A stretch of 64,000 nucleotides of DNA from positions 1-64,000 of the IMG/VR virus record IMGVR_UViG_3300048919_000048; one strand, given 5' to 3'. The position numbers and the translations under genes are program-made. Origin of the DNA: a virus. The notes under the pieces were generated by a model. That model was not told the DNA's origin. It saw nothing but the letters and a program-made list of their open reading frames with translations, and ran no database searches. This document shows, piece by piece, positions 18,338-25,862 of the stretch. The first letter of the stretch is position 1; the number at the start of each line of letters is the position of its first letter.

Positions 18338-18583
18338 TTATTTTTTAAAAGGCCAATTATTTTCTTCAGCCCAAGAAACGGATAAAACTTCACCTTTTAC
18401 CAGCTCCCACTCCCAGAAAAGCCCTTTGTGCTCAATGTAAGCATACGTTACCAAAGTTCCGTTCTGGTCAACATCCGAAAGGTGGTGGATCTTCCCGTAT
18501 CGGCGTACATCTTTGTAAGCCTCGTCTAATGAAATATTATTTTTATACTTTACGGCGGCGATCAATTGGTTTTTCGTAAACAT
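18338..18583 (-). CDS. hypothetical protein
   Basis: GGAG RBS; own promoter. Confidence 0.7.
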   Translation of the reverse strand: MFTKNQLIAAVKYKNNISLDEAYKDVRRYGKIHHLSDVDQNGTLVTYAYIEHKGLFWEWELVKGEVLSVSWAEENNWPFKK

Positions 18584-18650
18584 TTTACTGACTCCGTTTG
18601 TTGGTGTGGTTGTATGATAAGCCGGGACGGTTCCCGGCGTCAACAACATT

Positions 18651-18983
18651 TTAAATCTTTTTGTAATTTAATTTTGTGCTTTCCCGGTACGGCTTGCCCG
18701 TGGTCATATCGTAAATGACATAATGCCCGGCGCGGTCCGCCTGTTGCAGGGTAACGGCGCGATCCTCACACTGTTTGACGCCACCAATATAAACCGGGTC
18801 CAAATCGGACAGCTTAACAGCGCCCACACCAGGGAGGATCTTAAACACGGCATAGCCACGATCCACACTATCGAACCCGGCGAACCATTCCCGGCGGTTC
18901 TCTTCTTTATTGTAGCGGCAGGCGCGGATCTGCCCGGCGTGGGCGGCGGCGTTACCTTCAATAAAATATTTCGTCTGTTGCAT
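18651..18983 (-). CDS. hypothetical protein
   Basis: AGGAG RBS; own promoter. Confidence 0.7.
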   Translation of the reverse strand: MQQTKYFIEGNAAAHAGQIRACRYNKEENRREWFAGFDSVDRGYAVFKILPGVGAVKLSDLDPVYIGGVKQCEDRAVTLQQADRAGHYVIYDMTTGKPYRESTKLNYKKI

Positions 18984-19040
18984 CGGTCGATCTCCTTGTT
19001 TGTGAGCGCTTATTGTGGGGCCTTGTAGGCCCCGTGTCAA

Positions 19041-19301
19041 CTAATACCAGCCTCTTTGATGTTGTAGGACGCCAAACCAATAAGAAATTAACATAATCCC
19101 GTCAAGGTCCTCCGGCTTGCCAGATAAACGGCCTTGCGACGATTCCCAAGCGCCACGGCGGCGGGGTGTATTGTGAGCGCAATAGTCTACCGTGTGCAAA
19201 TCCAATACCTGATCCACGGTCAAGCCCGTGGCGCTGGCTACTTGGTGAACCGTGCCGCCTTGCCAGCCTAGCGCCTTCATTAAATATTCTGTATTGGTCA
19301 T
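19041..19301 (-). CDS. hypothetical protein, possible HTH
   Basis: GGAGG RBS; TVHQVASATGLTVDQV is HTH-like. Confidence 0.7.
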   Translation of the reverse strand: MTNTEYLMKALGWQGGTVHQVASATGLTVDQVLDLHTVDYCAHNTPRRRGAWESSQGRLSGKPEDLDGIMLISYWFGVLQHQRGWY

Positions 19302-19383
19302 TTTACGGCCTCCTTTGTTGGTGTGCCTGCATTGTGGCCCGGCTTGCCTGGCAGGTCAACAAAAATTTATTTTATTTTGGGTA

Positions 19384-19412
19384 TTGACGCCCGGCGGGCC
19401 AGGGTCCATAAT
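19384..19412 (+). promoter_or_regulatory. rightward sigma70 promoter with no downstream ORF
   Basis: TTGACG-N17-CATAAT, divergent from 19331-19359. Confidence 0.7.
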
Positions 19413-19545
19413 GATCACATACAGGAAAGGACACGCCACCCCACGGCGAAAAGGCGGGGCTAACGTACCGGGCACCGGGGCCAGGTCGGAAGGTGGATCG
19501 CCGGGAGTTCGTCTAAAATAGTTTCGTAAAGAAACGTAAAGACGC

Positions 19546-19574
19546 TTGCAACCGGGGCGGGCCGGGGCTATATT
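19546..19574 (+). promoter_or_regulatory. second rightward promoter
   Basis: TTGCAA-N17-TATATT. Confidence 0.55.
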
Positions 19575-19600
19575 ATACACATAGCGGGGAGAATTGACCC

Positions 19601-19630
19601 GGAGACAAACACCGGACCTGCCCGCTATTC
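19601..19630. repeat. 30-bp element, exact inverted copy of 9078-9107
   Basis: GGAGACAAACACCGGACCTGCCCGCTATTC. Confidence 0.9.
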
Positions 19631-19636
19631 TGGAGA

Positions 19637-19747
19637 TGAGAATGATTCTCATTCAACAACCTGAATGCGAATGATTATCAGTTGCATTTGCAAATGAGAA
19701 CGATTCTCATTCCGCCCCGGGCGAGACGAGAATGATAACGATTTGCA
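19637..19747. promoter_or_regulatory. cluster of four Fur-box-like operators (right array)
   Basis: TGAGAATGATTCTCA 19637, TGCGAATGATTATCA 19666, TGAGAACGATTCTCA 19695, TGATAACGATTTGCA 19733. Confidence 0.75.
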
Positions 19748-19778
19748 TTTCGATTTTCACCTCTGTATAGATTTTGAG

Positions 19779-19955
19779 AATACGTTTTCGAAAATGAAAT
19801 TTCGATCGAGACCCCGGCGCGAGACCTGTACCTGTACCGAGAATACGATCTGGAAATTGAAAAACCGATCGAGACCCCGATTGCTGTACCGAGACCCGGG
19901 TCCGAGTAACCCGAGAGAAAATACGATTTGGAAAATGAAAAGTCGATCGAGACCC
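19779..19955 (+). repeat. three 36-bp direct repeats AATAC-N20-GATCGAGACCC
   Basis: copies start 19779, 19842, 19920; fourth copy at 30869-30904. Confidence 0.85.
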
Positions 19956-20260
19956 TCAAATTTCTTGATGGTTCATAACTCCAGTATTGTAACGTTTATG
20001 TACCATTAGTGGTGCATAAGCCCCCGAATGTAACATTTATGGTGCAACATGTGCTGATCCCGTGTGGGGTGTGCTGGTACATTGGCGAATAAATCTGAAA
20101 AAGAAATCGGATCTGAGTTCCCGCCCGGCGGGCCATCCCAAATCAAATCTCAAATTGAATTTCGAATTGAAATCTGGTTTCAAATATCCTTGCAAATATC
20201 AAGGGTAAATATCAAATCGAAAATCGACCTGAAAACTGAGCCGTCCTTGGCTCACAAATA

Positions 20261-21109
20261 TCACAAGGCTACAGAGATGAAGTTGCGTATGTCTGCCCCT
20301 GTTTTTGGTTTGTTGCTGACGTAGTTATTCTCTTGGTAGTCACGCAGGTATCGCAGAACTGTCCAGTCAGCGCCGGGATGTACCACATCAAACAGGGCTA
20401 TCTCTTCCTCTAATGGCTCCGCCCAGTTCTCGAAGTGGGACATGAAGTCAGCCACAGGCATTACGAAAGCACCGCTCTTTTGCCGGGATGGATCTTTACT
20501 ACTGAGTACAATTTTGTTGTCACTAGTAAACACCATGTGGCCCGGCTTCCATTCAGAATCAAAACGGAGTATACCATTCGAACAAGCCTTTATGCTGAGA
20601 CGCCCCATTGCATCATCACGAAGGTATCCGTGGTACATGTCGTCGGTATGGTAGCTGATCGGCATGAACTTCAAGGCATGGTAATTGTGGATAAACGTAC
20701 CAACCTGATACCCGAACCATGCGTGTGCAACGTCCTTCATTGTCTTCGAGGATGGGAGGTTCTCCTCCAGGTTGCCTTGGAGTTTTTCCACAAAAGCAAT
20801 CATCTCATCCCGAGTCATGTTGTCCGGGTCCCATTCTTGGTTAAGCGAGGCACAGGCATCTCGGATACCCCGGTGGAGGAGGTCGATCTTGTCGTATGAC
20901 TTTTCCACATACTGCTCGATCTCGTCATCGAAATCAAAATCGCTGGCAATACCTTTGACGTCATCAACAACATCATCTAAGTCGGCGCATCGTTGGACCC
21001 CAGACAGACGTTTCTGTAGATCCTTGAAGTCTGGTATGGCAGGCATTGGTTTGGCCCCACGGGAATAGTCCATCACACCGTGAAGGAAAATCGCATCAAA
21101 TGAAGACAT
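20261..21109 (-). CDS. hypothetical protein
   Basis: 282 aa acidic ORF; AGGAG RBS. Confidence 0.8.
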   Translation of the reverse strand: MSSFDAIFLHGVMDYSRGAKPMPAIPDFKDLQKRLSGVQRCADLDDVVDDVKGIASDFDFDDEIEQYVEKSYDKIDLLHRGIRDACASLNQEWDPDNMTRDEMIAFVEKLQGNLEENLPSSKTMKDVAHAWFGYQVGTFIHNYHALKFMPISYHTDDMYHGYLRDDAMGRLSIKACSNGILRFDSEWKPGHMVFTSDNKIVLSSKDPSRQKSGAFVMPVADFMSHFENWAEPLEEEIALFDVVHPGADWTVLRYLRDYQENNYVSNKPKTGADIRNFISVAL

Positions 21110-21167
21110 GCTCTATTTGCTCCTGTAACGCATCAGGAGAGGCGCTAGCCTCTCCCGGTATGATTTA

Positions 21168-21437
21168 TCAAAGTCCCTTTACCATGCCCATATGCCAGCC
21201 CTCAGGCCGCTCATTTTTGAGCTTGGTGTGGTCATCCACGTAAGCCTGTTGACTTGCAATCAGACTTCCGCAATTAACAGCCGCCGTCATGGTATCGAGG
21301 ATAGCATGTGGGCAGACACCATCTTTGATGGCCTGCGCCGTGATCTCTTCTGCCACCTGGCGCAAGCGATCCCATGCTGATTGCTGGTACTTAGAGAACT
21401 CAGGGGTCATCTTCCCGTATTTATCGTAGCAGATCAT
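21168..21437 (-). CDS. hypothetical protein
   Basis: ATGA overlap chain. Confidence 0.7.
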   Translation of the reverse strand: MICYDKYGKMTPEFSKYQQSAWDRLRQVAEEITAQAIKDGVCPHAILDTMTAAVNCGSLIASQQAYVDDHTKLKNERPEGWHMGMVKGL

Positions 21438-21661
21438 AAAATCCCCTCATGCAATTTGATGCCCATCACTTGGGCCTCAAGACCTTTGGATCGGAAATGG
21501 ATGACCGCCTTGCGGAAACCATCCTCGTTGTCAACCTGGTTGATATCCACCTGGTCAAGAACCACCTCACCAGTGTGTCCGAACAACTTATGCCACCAAC
21601 GGACCCGGCGGATAGCCATGCTATTGTACATGATGTTGGACAGGAATACGTATGTCTTCAT
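21434..21661 (-). CDS. hypothetical protein
   Basis: ATG 21661 overlaps upstream stop. Confidence 0.65.
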   Translation of the reverse strand: MKTYVFLSNIMYNSMAIRRVRWWHKLFGHTGEVVLDQVDINQVDNEDGFRKAVIHFRSKGLEAQVMGIKLHEGIL

Positions 21662-21933
21662 GATACGAAGTCCAGTGTTGTGTCGAGTTCTTCCATGCGG
21701 TTCAGCAGCCACACGCAGGCTTTGTTAAACTCAACTTCTTCCGTTACATCGGCTGACAGCCAATACTGGCAGAACTCTGCATCATCAACGTTAAGAGCCA
21801 CCACTTGAGCGAAGTCTTGTTCAGCAAACTCTTCGATGATCTTGTTTTCAATCTCGTCGTACTGATCTTCATTGTGAGGAATGAAGAACATAACCCCGGT
21901 GGTGATAGTGCGGGTGATTTTCAGGTCAGCCAT
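21658..21933 (-). CDS. acidic hypothetical protein
   Basis: GGAG RBS, ATG 21933. Confidence 0.7.
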   Translation of the reverse strand: MADLKITRTITTGVMFFIPHNEDQYDEIENKIIEEFAEQDFAQVVALNVDDAEFCQYWLSADVTEEVEFNKACVWLLNRMEELDTTLDFVS

Positions 21934-21934
21934 T

Positions 21935-22162
21935 TTATTTCTCCACGTAATAGGTAAGGAATGTTTCAACGGCTACTGCCGCATTGGGTTGGTAGAAGAA
22001 GTCATGCTCCCCACCATGAAACAGCGCCGCAACGTCAGGGTAATCCTCGTTGACGTAGTTCCAGAGGTTCTGTCCCACACGTAACTGAGGGTGCGCCCGG
22101 GTCAACTCATATGCACGGTTGATGAGTTTACCAGCTTCTTTGTGACTGATCAACTTAGTCAT
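21935..22162 (-). CDS. hypothetical protein
   Basis: GGAGG RBS; LRVGQ...DFFY motif. Confidence 0.7.
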   Translation of the reverse strand: MTKLISHKEAGKLINRAYELTRAHPQLRVGQNLWNYVNEDYPDVAALFHGGEHDFFYQPNAAVAVETFLTYYVEK

Positions 22163-22496
22163 CGGTAGCCTCCGCAGTGATTCGGTTAACCCAAGACTGA
22201 AGGCCCAAGTTAACCCAGTTGGAGAACTCTTCACCCTCTTGGATGCGCTCCAAGGCTTCAACGGCACCCAGAGCTTTGATAGTCTTGATGAACTTCAGCA
22301 TCTGGTCTTGGTTATCCAAGTTTAGGTTACGCACCAGTTCGGTGAAGTGGTAGTTGTTATCATCCATTTCACAGACGAATGCCTCAATCTCCCAGCTTTC
22401 AGCCGACCCGGCCCGCATTTCTTGATACTGGCGAATGTCTTTCTGACACTGTACCGCCGATGATTCAAGGATACGGATATTGTCAAAGATGCTCAT
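22155..22496 (-). CDS. hypothetical protein
   Basis: 113 aa; GGAGG RBS. Confidence 0.7.
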   Translation of the reverse strand: MSIFDNIRILESSAVQCQKDIRQYQEMRAGSAESWEIEAFVCEMDDNNYHFTELVRNLNLDNQDQMLKFIKTIKALGAVEALERIQEGEEFSNWVNLGLQSWVNRITAEATDD

Positions 22497-22726
22497 TTGC
22501 TTTCCTCCATTTCAAACAGAGCGTTGTCGTACTCACCGCCGATTTTGTCTTCGTAGAAGCCGATGTTGGCATTAATGATTGCCAGAGCCTCGTTCACTGC
22601 CACACCCTTCACACCAGCGGCGCGGAGTTCCAGTTCGAAAGCCTGCTGCAAGCGGCGAACTGCTTCGATGTGACCTTTCTGCACTGCTACACGTGCCAGG
22701 TCGTTTGCTTTTTTCTTCATGCTCAT
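22493..22726 (-). CDS. hypothetical protein
   Basis: AGGA RBS; promoter-like TTGACT...TATTCT at about 22765-22794. Confidence 0.7.
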   Translation of the reverse strand: MSMKKKANDLARVAVQKGHIEAVRRLQQAFELELRAAGVKGVAVNEALAIINANIGFYEDKIGGEYDNALFEMEESK

Positions 22727-22803
22727 TTTGTTGTTCCTTTTGTCTGTTTCGTTTCGATGAGGTAAGAATAGCAAAAGGGGCTGACCGAAGTCAACCCCTT
22801 TGA

Positions 22804-23013
22804 TTAAATAATTTCAAATTTTACTGTGAACCCCAAGAGGTCCATATTGTTACCTACAGTCCGCTCTGCAAACCATTCTTCCCCTTCCTCATCCACCACA
22901 ATCATGGCTGTTGGGTCTGTGGCCTGGTGATCCTGACTGCAATCGTACTCTTTGCCTACGGAGAAATGGCACACCATCTCTCTTTCAGCGAACGTGCAAC
23001 GAGCTTTCATCAT
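22804..23013 (-). CDS. hypothetical protein (C..F.xGK.Y family)
   Basis: GGAGG RBS. Confidence 0.65.
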   Translation of the reverse strand: MMKARCTFAEREMVCHFSVGKEYDCSQDHQATDPTAMIVVDEEGEEWFAERTVGNNMDLLGFTVKFEII

Positions 23014-23542
23014 TACCTCCGGGTTTTATAACCTCACGGACAAGGTTAAGGATACGCTCAAGATATGCGTATTTGTGAGACGGCATCTGGGGCCAGTCAA
23101 AGTGCCACGGCTCACAGATACCCTCGATAATTTCCAACTCCTCCGGGATATGTCCGTAGCACAGGCTGTTACGGTCTGGAGAGTAGTTATCAATGTAGTA
23201 CCAAGCATTCTTCGCTTGGAACTTGGTGATGTTCCCCGCCCGGCGATCTTTCAGGATCAGAGACTTCAGATAGTCTGAATCGCCGTCGATGTCCGGCTCC
23301 ATGGCGCGGTAGTCAGACATCTTGTCGATCAGATAGTCATTGCTGACACGTTGGAAGAATTCCTCGACTGTGCCGCCCATGCTGCCCCAGAACCCGGTCC
23401 AGACTTCACCATAACAACTGATAGTGATTTTTCCTGCACCCTCGTCAAAGTTCTCCACAATCACCTCTACCGGGTCTAATCGGTGGGACTCATGCAGGTC
23501 TTCGATTCGGATCTTTTCTACTGTGGTGCGTTTAATCTGCAC
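22985..23542 (-). CDS. conserved phage hypothetical protein
   Basis: GTG 23542 after GGAGG; LDPVEV...GKITISCYG..W..FWGSMG motif. Confidence 0.75.
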   Translation of the reverse strand: MQIKRTTVEKIRIEDLHESHRLDPVEVIVENFDEGAGKITISCYGEVWTGFWGSMGGTVEEFFQRVSNDYLIDKMSDYRAMEPDIDGDSDYLKSLILKDRRAGNITKFQAKNAWYYIDNYSPDRNSLCYGHIPEELEIIEGICEPWHFDWPQMPSHKYAYLERILNLVREVIKPGGNDESSLHVR

Positions 23543-23729
23543 TTCGTACCTCCAGTTCACGCGCCACCTGACCACCCTCTGAGGTGAGAACCCAGCCAAA
23601 AGGCGGCAGATAACGGATAAGCCCCAGTGCTGACAGGTTATCCTGTACCTTGCCCTTTAGGTCTCGGGTGTGTTCACCACGGAGTGCTGCCAGAAGGAAC
23701 TTTTGTTGTGGTTTAGTCAGTTTAGCCAT
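23532..23729 (-). CDS. small winged-helix-like protein
   Basis: LTKPQQKFL...L..LGLI....WVLTSEG pattern. Confidence 0.6.
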   Translation of the reverse strand: MAKLTKPQQKFLLAALRGEHTRDLKGKVQDNLSALGLIRYLPPFGWVLTSEGGQVARELEVRSAD

Positions 23730-23760
23730 TATTTACCTCTTTATCAATAGGAATTTGCCG

Positions 23761-23964
23761 TTAGTTCTCGACGATGGTTATCTTCCCGACCATCAAATTG
23801 CACTGAGTGCCCGGCGACAACATCTTGTGGGCGCGGGTTTTAGCCGCCTCCGATGCCTGCTTGAGGATTTGATTGACGGTACACTCTTCGCCCCAAGCCC
23901 CAAGATCATGGAGCTTCAGGGTTATGGTTACTTCAGCAGATGCTGTAATGGTTTTACTCGCCAT
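23761..23964 (-). CDS. hypothetical protein
   Basis: packed ORF. Confidence 0.65.
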   Translation of the reverse strand: MASKTITASAEVTITLKLHDLGAWGEECTVNQILKQASEAAKTRAHKMLSPGTQCNLMVGKITIVEN

Positions 23965-23965
23965 A

Positions 23966-24208
23966 TTACCGCCCTAATAGGTATACCTTCCCGGCCTTCG
24001 AGATGGTATATTGTGGATAAGTTTTACCTTCTTCGGTAGTGTACGTACCTTTATCGGCAAGGCCCTTTTTAACCAAGGTCTCAATGATCTTGATGGTCCC
24101 TTGGCGGGTGTTCCACACCCACCCGCACCCCCAAGGGAAGGCGATATAACCATACCGACCATCCCCAAGGCACTTCAGGACGCCGATTTGGTTTTTCCCA
24201 AGTACCAT
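23966..24208 (-). CDS. small winged-helix-like protein
   Basis: ETLVKKGL...YTISKAG pattern; AGGAG RBS. Confidence 0.65.
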   Translation of the reverse strand: MVLGKNQIGVLKCLGDGRYGYIAFPWGCGWVWNTRQGTIKIIETLVKKGLADKGTYTTEEGKTYPQYTISKAGKVYLLGR

Positions 24209-24421
24209 TTACTTCTCCTTGCAGAAGGTATAGGCAAAGTATGCCTTGTTTCGATTATCCTTGACGCCGAAGTAAGCGTCGTGGTCATATCCAAAGAGCC
24301 ACCCGGTAATCACGAGGGTTCGCTCCCAGAACTGCCATTTATACCTCAGGTAAGTTTTCTTCACGGGCCTTTTCCTTCCGTTTGTTGTGGAGATGTTCCA
24401 CAATTCGTACAAGTGGTCCAC
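24209..24421 (-). CDS. hypothetical protein
   Basis: 70 aa; overlaps 24339-24689 so one start is uncertain. Confidence 0.45.
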   Translation of the reverse strand: MDHLYELWNISTTNGRKRPVKKTYLRYKWQFWERTLVITGWLFGYDHDAYFGVKDNRNKAYFAYTFCKEK

Positions 24422-24689
24422 GCCAGCGCTTACGGATCTTACGCTGAAGACTCCAGCTTATGTAATCGGGACGCTGCTTGAATTTCTTCCACCACTTATC
24501 GAGGAAGAAGCAGAATTCCACCAGTGCAATACACGGCGCGAACAGATAGCTCGCCGGGGTCATCGCCAGGAGAACCATGAAGCGATCATCGCTGTTCACT
24601 TTACCGTTGATAGACATCAGCACGATAATACGCCAGAGGCTGTATGCAGAGAACAGTACCCACAGGGTCACCAAAATGATCATTCCCAT
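24339..24689 (-). CDS. membrane protein
   Basis: two hydrophobic segments then basic tail. Confidence 0.55.
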   Translation of the reverse strand: MGMIILVTLWVLFSAYSLWRIIVLMSINGKVNSDDRFMVLLAMTPASYLFAPCIALVEFCFFLDKWWKKFKQRPDYISWSLQRKIRKRWRGPLVRIVEHLHNKRKEKAREENLPEV

Positions 24690-24999
24690 TTAGGCCCCCG
24701 GTTGCACGTTAGAAGGCCACCAAAAATATTGCTGGGCGTATGCACGTTTACCGTCGCCGCCCTCGTTGTCATTGGCTGGTGCTGCCAATGCCCACCATTT
24801 CACGTTAACCACTGAAACCTCCACACATTGAAATTAACAGGAGGATGACCTTCATGATCACCCCTAAGAAAACAAGCAGCCCTCCACTAAGGATCAGCCA
24901 CTCTGTTATTTTATCCCCAGGTTCCATATGGATTCCTTCGATACTTTGCATAGAAGAAATCCACAACGATCACCAGTAAGATACCACAGATGATCAGTT

Positions 25000-25242
25000 T
25001 CACTTTACATCCTCATCTGAGTATCCAAACACACCCAGACCAGAGACATTGATGAGGTAGGTGTTCCAACCAATGCGCTCATCATAACCCTGTGGGATCA
25101 GGAAGATCGAACCAGGTCCGATATTAACCGGGTAGTTCATTACCGAGTTAATGTGATCTGCCAGTGCCTCTTTGGTGGCAGGGATCTGCTTAACCGTCTT
25201 CAGACTTTCCACCAATGAACCACGGTGTTGACGTACTCTCAT
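25000..25242 (-). CDS. hypothetical protein
   Basis: GAGGAG RBS; promoter TTGACA-N17-TATGCT upstream. Confidence 0.7.
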   Translation of the reverse strand: MRVRQHRGSLVESLKTVKQIPATKEALADHINSVMNYPVNIGPGSIFLIPQGYDERIGWNTYLINVSGLGVFGYSDEDVK

Positions 25243-25342
25243 ATTATTTCTCCTCATGTTTGATGTTGTGTTGGGAGTCATCTCCCTTGAAAACAAGCAT
25301 ACATAACTGAAATGTTGGTGTCAATACAATTTCGAAGAAATT

Positions 25343-25445
25343 TAATAAAACTGACTCCGAACGAATGTGAGTGGGGAAGTTTTATTATAAGATAAGATCT
25401 AACACCCAAGGCCCGGATGGGTGAGCGTAGCGAAGGTGTTAGATC
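25343..25445. other. two adjacent intergenic hairpins, possible ssDNA priming signal
   Basis: TAATAAAACT/AGTTTTATTA and GATCTAACACC/GGTGTTAGATC stems; loops carry GAACG..GTGAG and GTGAGCGTAGCGA. Confidence 0.5.
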
Positions 25446-25464
25446 ATATACTCTTGTGTGCCTT

Positions 25465-25854
25465 TTAGGACACACCCTCTGTTGTCATTTCTGTCCACTT
25501 TTTCAGTGTGGGACGAATCACTTCGTGGAACATTTCCTCCGAGTGACCCGCCGCCCACTTCGCCACCAGGAAGGAGCACAATCGGATGAAATCGTGGTCT
25601 TCCTTCACAGGTGCCATGGACAACATGTCCACAAAATCAAGTTCTTCATCCTCTACACGATCCGGGTAAAGGAATGTCTCGAAGGTCGCAAGCTTGGTCT
25701 CTGCCCCTTCCGAGTTTGACCTGACCACCTCCATCCCCTTGCTGTTGAAAGTGGAGATCCAAGTATACTCCACCCGGCCTTGCTTATCCAACCTGTACAC
25801 GCAGAGGGTCGCCCCCCGGCGACCGAACTCCAATTCATAACCGTATTGAGACAT
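25465..25854 (-). CDS. hypothetical protein
   Basis: 129 aa; AGGAG RBS. Confidence 0.7.
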   Translation of the reverse strand: MSQYGYELEFGRRGATLCVYRLDKQGRVEYTWISTFNSKGMEVVRSNSEGAETKLATFETFLYPDRVEDEELDFVDMLSMAPVKEDHDFIRLCSFLVAKWAAGHSEEMFHEVIRPTLKKWTEMTTEGVS

Positions 25855-25862
25855 ACTGCTCC

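Larger units (their letters stand above)
8284..19359 (-). promoter_or_regulatory. array of about 24 leftward sigma70 promoters, most with GC hairpins
   Basis: TTGAC[A/G/C]-N17/18 plus -10-like hexamer at 8284, 9941, 10950, 11405, 11726, 12000, 12509, 12997, 13432, 13731, 13941, 14458, 15688, 15963, 16432, 16729, 17068, 17783, 18306, 18614, 19012, 19331; weaker at 8740 and 9137. Confidence 0.9.

Noticed and set aside
8284-19359. Repeated palindromic modules as a CRISPR array or integron attC array
   Set aside because: Repeats are degenerate promoters separated by whole genes. There are no constant-length spacers, cas genes, integron integrase or evident attC core-site pattern.
20090-20240. 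Repeated AAAT(C/ATC) tracts as phased bent DNA
   Set aside because: Spacing is irregular (7-13 bp), so helical phasing is not supported without computation.
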